Origin: Planctomycetota bacterium
GTDB lineage: Bacteria; Planctomycetota; JAJSAM01; JAJVHW01
Assembly: GCA_965248445.1 (NCBI GenBank)
Contig: CBDFJG010000003.1
Coordinates: forward strand, 128,001-192,000
Reading direction: 5' to 3'
Length of the DNA: 64,000 nt
Notes under the pieces: generated by a model
Seen by the model: the letters and a program-made list of their open reading frames with translations, nothing else
Told to the model about the DNA's origin: nothing
Databases searched by the model: none
Position numbers and translations under genes: made by a program
Shown: positions 18,001 to 27,883 of the stretch, one piece after another
Position numbering within the stretch: position 1 is the stretch's first letter
Layout: every line of letters starts with the position of its first letter

Positions 18001-18412
18001 ATGGCAACGATCCTCCCCCCCCCTGGTCGGCAAGCGCGGCGCTGCGAAGAACTACGTTTCGGTCCGCGCGACGCTGGAGGCGACCACCAGCTACGTCAGC
18101 GGTACGAACGTCCTCGACGTGCGCGGCATCAAGAAGCTGCTGGTCAAGTTCACGTTCGTCATCGGATCGGCGACGACGCTGGAGATCAAAGGCCAGGCGG
18201 CGACCGTCGGCGAAGGCACGTTCGGCGATCTGCTCCACCACACGGACGCCTCCCCCGCGGTCACGGACTCGAAGGAGATTTCGACCGCCCTCGCGAACGG
18301 CGTCTGGGAGCTCGACGTGGAGCACCACAACTACATCAACCTCCAGTTCAAGGTGACCAGAACCGTCACCTCGAACACGGTGGCGTGCGAGGTCGCGGGC
18401 ATCGAGGCGTAG
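18001..18412 (+). pseudogene. Small beta-sandwich virion protein, frameshifted in a C9 tract
   Basis: ATG 18001 with RBS; C9 at 18015-18023; C8 restores MATILPPLVGKRGAAKNYVSVRA..., a paralogue of 18466-18888. Confidence 0.7.
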
Positions 18413-18422
18413 TCAGACACAA

Positions 18423-18447
18423 CCCCGGGGAGGTTCGCCTCCCCGGG
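18423..18447 (+). terminator. GC hairpin with a UUCG loop
   Basis: CCCGGGGAGG-TTCG-CCTCCCCGGG. Confidence 0.55.
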
Positions 18448-18465
18448 CACTGAGGAGAGACGAGC

Positions 18466-18888
18466 ATGGCAATCATCAACCTGCCGGACATGGGGCGCGA
18501 ACGCGCCGTCGAGGACGCGCTGTCGTTCGTCGAGATCCGCGCCTCGGCGGTCCTCACGGCTGCATACGTCGCCGCCGCGAGCGACCTGAACGTGGCCGGG
18601 AAGAAGAAGCTCGTCATCGACTTCGACTTCACGATTGGCTCGCTCACGTCGGTCGAGATCAAGCTGCAGTACAGCCCCGATGGCGGCACCACGTGGATCG
18701 ATGTGCGGCAGACGGGCGCGTACACCGCCGGCGTGCAGGAACCGGTCCCCGACATCGTGACGCTCACGGCGACCGCCGTCGGCGCCCAGGTGTGGAACGT
18801 GGAAGTTTTCAACCTGATCCGCGTGCTGGCCGACGGCACGGGCACGGTCACGTCGAGCTTGCTCGCGCTGCGGGCGGCGGCGGCGTAG
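18466..18888 (+). CDS. Small beta-sandwich virion protein (paralogue of the upstream gene)
   Basis: GAGGAG RBS; LNVAGKKKLVIDFDFTIGSLTSVEIK aligns with LDVRGIKKLLVKFTFVIGSATTLEIK. Confidence 0.75.
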   Translation: MAIINLPDMGRERAVEDALSFVEIRASAVLTAAYVAAASDLNVAGKKKLVIDFDFTIGSLTSVEIKLQYSPDGGTTWIDVRQTGAYTAGVQEPVPDIVTLTATAVGAQVWNVEVFNLIRVLADGTGTVTSSLLALRAAAA

Positions 18889-19491
18889 GTGAGCCGACTC
18901 GTCCGCCTGCAGACCGTCGCGCGCGCGACGAGCGGAGACAACGCCGCGAACCGTCCCGGCGAAACCATCGAGGTGTTGCCACTCACGCACCCAACTCTCG
19001 GGAACGAAGAGAAGAAGGTGCAGGGGTGGCTCAAGGTGGTCGGCGGTACGGCCGCCGCGTGGCGCGGCCTGGTGACGAGTGACGAGGAGACGGGCCACAA
19101 CCATGCCCGTCGGCGCTTCACGTTGTCGCAGGCTGCACTCGCCACTCTCACGACCACGCAGTACGCCGCCGACGCTTCCGCCCCGACCGTGGCGGTCGAA
19201 CTGGCGGATGTGCCGTCGGTGGGCTTCGCCGCGTTCCGGGAAGCCCTCGTGGACGATCGAACCGGCGCGGCGCCGACGCAGGCGACGATGGTGGCCCACG
19301 GCGTTTCGGAGTTCGCTCTCGAGCGCGATCGGTTCGCGGTCATGGACCGCGGCTCGCGTGCGATTCTGCGGACGCTTCGCACTCGGATGGACGAGACGCC
19401 GCTGACGAAGCCGCAGATCGACACCCTTCTCCTCGACATGATGAAGGTCGTCGAGACGGCGGTCGGGGCCACGCCGACGGTGGAACCCTGA
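18889..19491 (+). CDS. Phage hypothetical protein (tail module)
   Basis: Abuts the upstream stop; TGATG coupling downstream. Confidence 0.65.
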   Translation: MSRLVRLQTVARATSGDNAANRPGETIEVLPLTHPTLGNEEKKVQGWLKVVGGTAAAWRGLVTSDEETGHNHARRRFTLSQAALATLTTTQYAADASAPTVAVELADVPSVGFAAFREALVDDRTGAAPTQATMVAHGVSEFALERDRFAVMDRGSRAILRTLRTRMDETPLTKPQIDTLLLDMMKVVETAVGATPTVEP

Positions 19492-20516
19492 TGGCAGTCG
19501 TCAACAAGACCATCGGCGCCGCCGGCGACTACACCACTGCTGCCGGGTGGGAGGCCGCGATCCCGGCCGACCAAGCCCAGGGGGACCCGTGGCACGGTGA
19601 GGTCATCGACGCCGCCAACATGGGTGCCATGACCGTGAACGTGAGCAACGCGAACGCAGCACCCCACCGGATATGGGGTGACGCGTCCGTGCGGTTCACC
19701 ACGTCAACGGACTGGACTACCGCGGGCGGCGCGAAGGATCTCGACGCGATGGCGGCGGGACTCGACTTCGCGTGCCTCTGCGGTGCGTTCGGCGGCTCGA
19801 CGGCGATCGACTGCTCCACCAGCGACTTCGTCGTTCAGTACCTGTGGGTCAGCAACACGTCCGCGAGTTCAGGACGCTCGGTGTACGCCCGGTCAGGCGG
19901 CATCCGCATGAACGTCGGATACTGCATCGTGTCACGGCCGAGCGCCACGAGCGACAGCCCCATCCGCGTGGCAGACGACGACTTCACGATCCACAACTCG
20001 ATCATCTTCGAGGCGGTGCAGGGCGACGGCATCTTGGTCGAAGGGGGCAACGACAACCTCGTCATCGTGCATGTCACGCGCATCGAGGCGACCGAGTACA
20101 ACTCGACGAACACGGCCACGCACACCATCGACAACTCGATCGCGGTGGAGCCGAGCGCGCCGAACCACATCGACCACCTCGACAACTGGACCGGGGACTG
20201 GAACGTCTCGGACGGTCCCTCGAGCAAGAATGAGGGCGCGAACTCGTGGTCCTCACAGACGCCCACGGACGTACTCGTGTCCCCCACTGGGTCCGCTCGC
20301 GACCCGACGCCGGTCGACACGACGTACGTCGGCGCCGATCTTTCGGGGACGTCCCCGACGGACATCGAGGGAACGACGCGGACGCAGTTCCTCGCCGGGG
20401 CGATTGACACAGAGGTCGCTGCGGTGGGTGGGCGCATCGCAAGCCTCGTCGGCTCCGGCGGCCTTGCGGGTGGCGGTAGCGCCCTCGTGGGCGCGGGTGG
20501 AGGAATGATCGGATGA
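19491..20516 (+). CDS. Putative beta-helix tail-associated protein
   Basis: TIGAAGDYTT..GWEA start; S/T/N/D-rich beta repeats; TDIEG..R...GA C-terminal motif. Confidence 0.6.
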   Translation: MAVVNKTIGAAGDYTTAAGWEAAIPADQAQGDPWHGEVIDAANMGAMTVNVSNANAAPHRIWGDASVRFTTSTDWTTAGGAKDLDAMAAGLDFACLCGAFGGSTAIDCSTSDFVVQYLWVSNTSASSGRSVYARSGGIRMNVGYCIVSRPSATSDSPIRVADDDFTIHNSIIFEAVQGDGILVEGGNDNLVIVHVTRIEATEYNSTNTATHTIDNSIAVEPSAPNHIDHLDNWTGDWNVSDGPSSKNEGANSWSSQTPTDVLVSPTGSARDPTPVDTTYVGADLSGTSPTDIEGTTRTQFLAGAIDTEVAAVGGRIASLVGSGGLAGGGSALVGAGGGMIG

Positions 20517-21538
20517 GCTACCTCGGCGACTACGCAGAGGACTACGCGACGCTGAACTTCGCCTTCACGTCGCGAGCGTTCGCGACCGGAACCCCGACCG
20601 TTCTCGCCGGGACACCCGTGATCTCGGTCTACAAGGGCAGCGCAACGGGCACGGAGAAGACGAGCGCCGAGTCATACATCACGCTGTCCGTGGACTTCGA
20701 CTCCAAGGTGGGGCTGAACAACGTCCTGATCGACCTGAGCGGCGACGCCTTCTTCGCCGTGGGCGAGGACTACAAGGTCGTTATCACGACGGGCACAGTC
20801 GGCGGGGTGTCGGTCGTCGGCGAAGAGGTCGGCACGTTCTCCATCGAGAACCGTTTCGAGGAGGTGGACCTCACGAAGATCGGGGGTGTCGCACAGAGCG
20901 CAACAGACCTCAAGGACTTCGCAGACGCCGGTTACGACCCCGGAACCAACAAGGTGCAGGGCGTGGTGCTCGTGGACACCACCACGACCAACACCGACGT
21001 GCGCGGCACTGACAGCGCCCTCCTCGCTTCGACGTTCTCCACCTTCCGGGGGGCGATCACGTCGCTCGCGGAGTGGCTCGGCCTCATCGCTGGCAAGCAG
21101 GCAGCGGATGCCACGGCGCTTGCAGAGATCAAGACGAGCGGCGCGGGCAGCGGGACGTACGACGAGAGCACGGACTCGCTCGAGGCGGTCCGGGACAACC
21201 AAGCGTCGGGCGCGGCTTACGGAACTCTGGACGGAGATTGGGCCCGCAGCTCGGGGAACCTCTACCGCTTCCAGTGCGCCCTCAAGCTCTCCGGCGAGAA
21301 CGGCATCGTCACGAGCGGGCTCTCGAGCGCGGTGGTCGTGGGCGTGTACGGAAACAACGGGGACACGGATCTCGTCGTGGCGGGCACCTCCATCACGATC
21401 GGCACCGACGGCCGCATCTACGGCAACTTCACCCTCGGGACGCAGCCAACCGACGACGTGCCCGCGGTGCTCGTCGTGACCGTCGTTCACGGCGGCAACA
21501 CGTACCGCGGCCACTTGTACGGAGCGGAGGCAACCTAG
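20513..21538 (+). CDS. Tail/virion structural protein
   Basis: ATGA coupling; T/G/V-rich beta composition. Confidence 0.65.
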   Translation: MSYLGDYAEDYATLNFAFTSRAFATGTPTVLAGTPVISVYKGSATGTEKTSAESYITLSVDFDSKVGLNNVLIDLSGDAFFAVGEDYKVVITTGTVGGVSVVGEEVGTFSIENRFEEVDLTKIGGVAQSATDLKDFADAGYDPGTNKVQGVVLVDTTTTNTDVRGTDSALLASTFSTFRGAITSLAEWLGLIAGKQAADATALAEIKTSGAGSGTYDESTDSLEAVRDNQASGAAYGTLDGDWARSSGNLYRFQCALKLSGENGIVTSGLSSAVVVGVYGNNGDTDLVVAGTSITIGTDGRIYGNFTLGTQPTDDVPAVLVVTVVHGGNTYRGHLYGAEAT

Positions 21539-23422
21539 ATGTGGCGCGGGGGCGGCTCGATCCTCGGCGTGACCCTCGGCACCGGCCCCGGCGATGTCAC
21601 GATCACGTACACGTTCTCGCTGGCGACGCCACCGACGCCCGCTCTCGGCACGCAGACGACGTACGCGCCACATCTCACCGCGGGCCCGACGGGGAAGTGC
21701 CCGTACCGCCCAATCGTCAAGCAGACGCTCAACGGCATCCCCTTCTACTGCAACGGCTGGGATGCGCCGTGGTGGCGCGACGTGGCGAAGGGCACGTTCC
21801 GCGACATGGGGAGCGTGGTCCCGACGAGCTTCAACGTCATCAACAACGCCGCCCCGACGTGGCTCCCGAACGGCGACAGCGTCCGCTACTACCTCGTCTT
21901 CCGAAACACGCTGCTCGGGAAGGAAACCTCGCCCCAGGTGTTCGACTACACCAACTCGTCGGGCTCGGCCGCCGGGACCACGATCACGTGGGCCGATCCC
22001 GTGAACGAGTACACGCACGCGGGGATCTACCGGCGGCTCGCCGGCTCCAACACCATTCGGCTCGTCGCCGAAGTCACCATCGCGACCGCCACGTACAACG
22101 ACCTTTCGACGGACGCGACGCTGCGCGCGACCGGCGTCCGCCGCTACATCCGCCGCTACCGCGAGACGCGGCCGCCCGCGTTCGCCGGCATGTCCGAGCA
22201 CGAGGGGCGCCTCTTCGGGTGGACCGGCCTCGACGCCTTCTTGTACTTCGGCCAGCAGTCGCGCGTGGACGGCGAGTTCGTCGAGGACGACTTCCCGAGC
22301 GCGAACATCATCCCCGTCGGCACCGGAGACGGCTACGGCGTCATCGTTGCGGTCGTCAGCCAGGACGCGACGATCTACGTCTTCAAGCGGCGCGCGATCT
22401 ATCGGATCACCGGGACCCCGAATGCGTGGCGCGTGAAGCTCATGTACGCCGAGCGCGGCGCGATGGCGGTGCACTGCGTCGTGCCCGTGCAGGACTTCTT
22501 CGTGTTCCTCGACGAGCGCGGGCTCATGGTCTGGCAGCCGGGCGCTACACCCGTCATCGCGGCCCCGTCGCCAAGTTCAAGTGACAGTTCCGTGTCGAGC
22601 ACGTGGAAGCGCCTGAACCGCGCCGTCGCGCACCGCTTCCACGGCTACTTCCTCGAAGCCGAGGGCGAGGTGCACATGCGCGTCGCGCTCGACCACGACC
22701 CGGTCCCGATGCACAACATCCGCTACGACGTGCGGCACAACCGGATCGTCGGCGTGGACCCCGGCGTCATCTCGACCGCCGCCGGGTACTTGGAGGACGG
22801 CGCGGGCGTCGAGCACCCCTGCCGCGGCGACATCTTCGGGTACGTGTGGCAGGAGGAGGCAGGCAACGCGCAGGGCGCCTACTCCGGCGACACGACGGCA
22901 CCGATCTCGGCCGGGGACGTGTCCTTCATCAACGCCTCGACCGCCTCGTTCGACATCAGCCTCGACGGGATGCTCGGCACCCCGTTCGACCGCATGGACT
23001 CCGACGGCGACGTGATTGACGAGAACATCGTCTACGGCGGCAGCAGCGACACCCTTGTCCCGTTCCTCATCTCGTCGGTCGCGGTGGACAACACGCAGTC
23101 CCTCGCGGTCGGCGTCATCCCGGCCGAGGCGCAGACCGGTCGCGTGAACTTCGGCACGACTGAGCGCGCACACGTGCGGATGCTGCGGCTCAAGTGCGAG
23201 CAGGAGGCATCGGGCCACGAGCTCCGTGTGGGCACGTCGTTCGACGCCGACTCCTTCACATGGCGGATTGACTACGACCTGAGTCAAGCAGTGCCCGGCG
23301 ACATCCCGATTCGGGACCGCGGCGACGCCATCGCGTTCAAGTTCAGCCAGCGATACGCTGGGATGGACTTCTCGATGTCGCTACTCGAGGTGCACGTGGC
23401 GCCGACGGCGGTGCGCGCATGA
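21539..23422 (+). CDS. Putative tail nozzle/stabilisation protein (beta-propeller)
   Basis: 627 aa; HEGRLF, IYVFKRRAIY, FVFLDERGL repeats; GGAGG RBS. Confidence 0.65.
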   Translation: MWRGGGSILGVTLGTGPGDVTITYTFSLATPPTPALGTQTTYAPHLTAGPTGKCPYRPIVKQTLNGIPFYCNGWDAPWWRDVAKGTFRDMGSVVPTSFNVINNAAPTWLPNGDSVRYYLVFRNTLLGKETSPQVFDYTNSSGSAAGTTITWADPVNEYTHAGIYRRLAGSNTIRLVAEVTIATATYNDLSTDATLRATGVRRYIRRYRETRPPAFAGMSEHEGRLFGWTGLDAFLYFGQQSRVDGEFVEDDFPSANIIPVGTGDGYGVIVAVVSQDATIYVFKRRAIYRITGTPNAWRVKLMYAERGAMAVHCVVPVQDFFVFLDERGLMVWQPGATPVIAAPSPSSSDSSVSSTWKRLNRAVAHRFHGYFLEAEGEVHMRVALDHDPVPMHNIRYDVRHNRIVGVDPGVISTAAGYLEDGAGVEHPCRGDIFGYVWQEEAGNAQGAYSGDTTAPISAGDVSFINASTASFDISLDGMLGTPFDRMDSDGDVIDENIVYGGSSDTLVPFLISSVAVDNTQSLAVGVIPAEAQTGRVNFGTTERAHVRMLRLKCEQEASGHELRVGTSFDADSFTWRIDYDLSQAVPGDIPIRDRGDAIAFKFSQRYAGMDFSMSLLEVHVAPTAVRA

Positions 23423-23988
23423 CGACGCGCGGCTACACCGGCGTCCGCGAGGCGGGTTCGCGAACAATGATCGACCGCCTCCGCGAGCTTGAGTCGCAAG
23501 TCTCGGCTCTGCAGACCGCGAAGTACGGGGACCCGATGGACCCGCCCAGCCGGCGCGCGGTCGACACCCTGCGGGACGACACGCTTGAGCTCGTGCAGCG
23601 GTGGGTCCGCGCGTACGAGTTCACCGGCCTGACCGTCGAGGACACGACGGTCTTTCTGGCGGCCCAGCGCACGCGCATCCTGGAAGCCAAGATCGAGGTC
23701 CGCACGGCGGTCTCAGAGGACTCAAGCAACTACTTCGAGCTCGATCTCGTCGTGCTGCGGCTCGATCCCGTGCACGGAGACGACACCGAGGGCGAGACGT
23801 TCGGGTCGCAGCTCTCGACCGAGGGCCGCGCCTTGGCCGTCGATGAAGACATCAGTATCCTTGAAGAGGCCGATGGGCTGGAAATCCTCGGCGGAGAGCG
23901 GCTCGCGATCCTCATGGCCCCGACCGGAGTGCCGGGCGACATGGACGGATCAATCCTGTGGATCAAGGTCGCGCCGATCGTGAGGTAA
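23419..23988 (+). CDS. Phage hypothetical protein
   Basis: ATGA coupling. Confidence 0.65.
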   Translation: MTTRGYTGVREAGSRTMIDRLRELESQVSALQTAKYGDPMDPPSRRAVDTLRDDTLELVQRWVRAYEFTGLTVEDTTVFLAAQRTRILEAKIEVRTAVSEDSSNYFELDLVVLRLDPVHGDDTEGETFGSQLSTEGRALAVDEDISILEEADGLEILGGERLAILMAPTGVPGDMDGSILWIKVAPIVR

Positions 23989-23990
23989 CG

Positions 23991-24941
23991 ATGCCGCATC
24001 CAGCCCATCTCTTCGCCCAGCAGTACGGCTCTTCGACGCCGCAGGCGGTGCACGTGGCCGGTCAGCAGCCGGCGGGCGCCATCGCGCCGGGTTCACGCGG
24101 CCAGCCCGCGCCGGGCGCTCCTGGGTCGGGACAGGCCCCGCCCGCGAATCCGGGTACGGGCATGCCGCCGTGGATGGCGGGACCCGCGGAAGCGTCGATG
24201 CCGGGCTTCAGCCGCCCGCAGACGGGCTTCAACGGGCAGGACTTCGGGTCGCCAGCGGGTCCGATGAACATCCACAACATCCGCGCGCGCACGGCGGGTC
24301 TCGGCGGCGGGTTCCCCCCGCAGCTCGGGGGGCTCGGGCAGCAGATGGGCCCGATGCGCGGCGCCGGCGGACCGGCGTCTCCTGGGATCGTGGCGACTCC
24401 GAACGCGCCGTCACCGATGGGCGCTCCGACGTTGGGGCAGCCGCCGGCGGCGGTCGGCGATCGCAGTATGCAGACGGGCGCGTACATCGCGCAGGAGCAG
24501 CCGCAGCCGATGGGGACTCAGGTCCCGCAGACCGGGAACGCGATGGCCGCGATGGCGCAGCAGGCGGCGGAGGCGCTCATGGGCGCGCCGGGCGGCGGGA
24601 TGCCGATGCAGGCGCCGGGCGGCGGCACGGACATGACGGGGTTCGCGCCCACGCCCGAGCAGCAGCAGGCCGCGCAGATGGCGCAGCAGCGCGACGCCGC
24701 GATGGCCGCGTTCAAGGCGTCGCAGCTCCAAGGGCAGCCGGGAGCCGCGCCGATCCCGACCAACCGTTTCGACCCTTCGGCCCAGATGGGGCGACCGGGT
24801 GCTCCGGCTCCGGGCGGACTGGACGCACGCGGGACGCAGGGCGCCGACCCTCGCGAGCGAGCGCGCCAGGCCGCACTGGCACCGATGGGTCGACAGGGAC
24901 CCGGGCGTCCCGAGCTCCTCGGCGCGGGTACGGGCGGACGC
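23991..24941 (+). pseudogene. P/G/Q/M-rich low-complexity virion (possibly ejection) protein, truncated by the IS end
   Basis: GAGG RBS; the frame runs into IS66-derived sequence at 24942. Confidence 0.6.
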
Positions 24942-25053
24942 ACGGGTCAGGCGCTCGACCAGATCACGCAGCTCATCGGTGCCCACATCCGATTCATCGA
25001 CCGAACGGAAAGCGATCTGGATCCGAGCTCAGAACCAAGGGCTGAACGGGTAC
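24942..25053 (-). mobile_element. Isolated 112-bp left end of IS66-A, inverted
   Basis: Reverse complement of 27884-27995, including the terminal GTACCCGTTCAG. Confidence 0.95.
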
Positions 25054-25132
25054 CCCGGGGGGACCCATCTCGCGCAGGCTGTGCCGGCTGAACCGAAACG
25101 GAGATCCGAAAAATCGAAAACCGAGGATCGCG

Positions 25133-25777
25133 ATGCCGGTGAGCAAGCCGGGCGGCCGGTGGGAGTGGACCCGTGGCGAGGACGAGATTGTCCAGGCGCT
25201 GCGGGTTGCGGGCGTGTCTGCGGACCGTACAGCGGATGCGATTGGGTGCGAGCCGCGGTCACTGATTGCGCGGTACGGGGACGTGTTCGGTGCGCCGCGG
25301 ACGGAGACGCACGAGCGGGCATTCACGGAGAACGAGGTGAAGACGGCGGTCGAGATGAAGGCGCACGGGATCGCGGAGCGTCACATCGCGAAGGTGCTGG
25401 AGACGTCGATCACGACGTTGCGGAAGCACCTCGGGGACAAGCTGGCGGTGGCGGAGGCGAACTTGGTGCACGAGGTCGCGCGCGCGCTGGCCGTGAAGGC
25501 GAAGAAGGGCGACACGAAGGCGATGATGTTCTTCCTGGAGAAGCGCGGCGGTGCTGCGTGGCGGGACCGTACGCACGTGGTGCACGAGGGCGTCGGTGTG
25601 CTGGTGCCGCCCGGGATGCTGACGGCGGACGCGTGGATTGCGTCGCACAGCCCGACGGCGCTCGAGGGCGGCGGTGCACGGCCGATTCTCGACGTGGAGC
25701 CGGACGCTGTCCGCGACGGGGAGGATGCGCCAGAGGAGGTGGCGCGCCTCCCCCGCCGGGAAGTCGACGCTGCGTGA
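25133..25777 (+). CDS. terS: Terminase small subunit
   Basis: Two HTH-like repeats; AKKGDTKAMMFFLEKRGG..WRDR motif; directly upstream of terL. Confidence 0.75.
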   Translation: MPVSKPGGRWEWTRGEDEIVQALRVAGVSADRTADAIGCEPRSLIARYGDVFGAPRTETHERAFTENEVKTAVEMKAHGIAERHIAKVLETSITTLRKHLGDKLAVAEANLVHEVARALAVKAKKGDTKAMMFFLEKRGGAAWRDRTHVVHEGVGVLVPPGMLTADAWIASHSPTALEGGGARPILDVEPDAVRDGEDAPEEVARLPRREVDAA

Positions 25778-27387
25778 GCACGGCGGCTCTTCCGGGCGTG
25801 GGTGTGGACGAGCAGCGCGAGCTCGAGGACGGTGTGCGTGCCGCGCGTGCTTCGGAGTTGTCGCGTGCGTCGAGGTCGGTGAACGGCGCGAAGGTGATCT
25901 GGGCGCCGTTGCCCGGTAGCCAGGAAGCGTTCCTGCAGTGCCCGCTGTTCGAGGTCCTGTACCACGGGAGCCGGGGCGGCGGGAAGACGGACTGCCTGCT
26001 GATGTCGTACGCGCAGCACGTCGGACGCGGGCATGGGCCGGCGTGGCGCGGGATCTTGTTCCGTCAGTCGCACCCGCAGCTGGCGGACGTGATCGCGAAG
26101 TCGCAGGAGTGGTTTCCGCGGATCTTCCCCGGTGCGCACTTCAACATGAGCCGCACGGAGTGGAAGTTCCCCGACGGCGAGATGCTGCTGTTCCGGCACA
26201 TCGCGCAGCCGGCGGACTACTGGTGCGTGCCGGACGGCGACGTCCTGACCGAGCGCGGCTGGGCGCCGATCGAGGACGTGCGTGTCGGCGAGCGGGCGCT
26301 CACATGCGACCTCGAGACGATGCGCGTCGAGCTGCTTCCGGTCCGGGAACGGCCGGCCTTCGACTACGACGGTGACATCGTCGAGTACGAGGGCCGCGGA
26401 CGGTTCATGTCGTTCACGCCGAACCATCGGCTCGTGACCGCCGATCGAGAGCTCGTCCCGTACTGCGAACTGCCGCGCGAGGCGTCGATCTGCCGTGGCG
26501 GGTGGTCCGTGCAGCGCGAGGGGATCGAGTCGTTCGATATCCCGGCCGTCGAGACGCGGATCCCGTGCGGACAGCCGACGTCGATGAGCGGCGACGACTA
26601 CTGCGAGTTCATGGGCTGGTATCTCGCAGAGGGGTCGACCGTCAAGACGCCCGATCGCACCGGCAGGCTGTCGAACATCATCAGCATCGCGCAGAAGAAG
26701 ACGGACCGCCGCGCGAAGATCGCCGCACTGCTGGATCGGGTTGGGATCGGCCACAGGGCGACGGACACACAGTTCGTCTGGTCTTCGAAGCGCTGGGCGA
26801 CCTGGCTCCGGGAGTACGGTGGGTTCCAGCAGAAGTTCATCCCGCGCAACATCATCGAGTCCGCGAGCGCCGCGCAACTTCGGCAGTTCCTCGACGCGTT
26901 CATCGACGGAGACGGGACGCGCCAGGGCGATCGCCTATACGCGTTCACGTCGTCGCCGGGACTGCGCGACGGAATCTGCGAGGTCGGTGTCCTGCTCGGG
27001 TACGCGCCTCACGTGCTCGTGCGCCATCGTGACGAACGCCAGGTCTCGTACCAGATCTCCCTGAACCCACGATCGAGCCATCGCCTCTACACCGACAACC
27101 GCGAGCGGAACATCCGCGAGAACAGCGCGAAGACGCAGGTGACCCGTCGTCACCACAAGGGTCGCGTGTACTGCCTGAGCTTCGCGCGGAACCACACGTT
27201 CTTCATCCGCCAACGCGGGTCGGTCTGGCTGTCGGGAAACTCGTATCACGGCCATGAGCTGCCGTGGATCGGGTTCGAGGAGCTGACGAACTGGAACACC
27301 GACGAGTGCTACACGCGGATGTTCTCTTGCAGCCGGTCGTCGCGGAGCGGCATGCCGCGGATGGTGCGGGCGACCACGAACCCGTGA
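25774..27387 (+). pseudogene. terL: Terminase large subunit, ATPase domain only, intein-containing
   Basis: PGSQEAFL, YHGSRGGGKT Walker A, IGFEELT Walker B, RATTNP followed immediately by TGA; nuclease domain absent. Confidence 0.88.
26224..27240 (+). mobile_element. Intein with a LAGLIDADG homing endonuclease (339 aa)
   Basis: C1 CVPDGDVLTERGW, block B TPNHR, GWYLAEGS and AFIDGDG motifs, VYCL...HTF...GN end, +1 Ser. Confidence 0.92.
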
Positions 27388-27474
27388 TCGCGCAGGCACT
27401 CCGACGGCTGCGGCGATCGTGATTGAGTGCTGGCATGGCAGTGCCTGAGTAGAGTTGCGTGACTGGAGGACCCC

Positions 27475-27781
27475 ATGCCGAAGAGAAGGAACGAGTCCGC
27501 CGCGATGTTGGCGGATCTGAAGTCGCGGCTTGCGAATCTGGTCGAGGTGGCCGGTGGCCGTGGCCGAGGGACGCGCGGGCGCGCTGAGTGAGGTGCGCTC
27601 GCTTGTAAGGGGCGGTGGACGCCGCTCAGGGGCGAAATCGGCGCGTGGGAGGAAGCCAACGAAGCGCAGATCGAAGAAGAAGCGCAAGAACCCATGGGTC
27701 GGATTGACGTCTGCGCAGCGCCTAAAGCGCATCAACGCGATGCGAAAGGGCAGAGGATTGCCGCTCAAGAGGTCGCTGTAG
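27475..27781 (+). pseudogene. Small very basic (histone-like) protein frameshifted by a 7-bp duplication
   Basis: GGAGG RBS; GGTGGCC x2 at 27546-27559; removing one unit gives a 99-aa K/R-rich ORF. Confidence 0.6.
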
Positions 27782-27794
27782 GGAAGGCAAGCGT

Positions 27795-27823
27795 TTGACA
27801 CGTTACTTGAATGGACCTAGATT
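27795..27823 (+). promoter_or_regulatory. Near-consensus sigma70 promoter
   Basis: TTGACA-N17-TAGATT. Confidence 0.75.
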
Positions 27824-27883
27824 CTTTGTTCGTCGAAACGCGCGCGACGGCACTCGCACGACGCGCTGCGACGGACATGAGCC

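Larger units (their letters stand above)
1..24941 (+). mobile_element. Prophage 1 (podovirus-like morphogenesis module), open at the left edge and truncated on the right
   Basis: Co-directional, translationally coupled terL-portal-scaffold-capsid-adaptor-tail genes with no tape-measure gene; ends abruptly at an IS66 end fragment at 24942. Confidence 0.9.
25054..27387 (+). mobile_element. Prophage 2 remnant (packaging module only)
   Basis: terS-terL pair unrelated in motif type to terL at 7587. Confidence 0.8.

Noticed and set aside
16899..21541. In-frame stop-start abutments (TGA-ATG 16901/2, TAG-GTG 18888/9, TAG-ATG 21538/9) suggesting stop-codon read-through or recoding
   Set aside because: Two of the three downstream genes have their own RBS, TAG is used as an ordinary stop elsewhere, and no suppressor tRNA is visible
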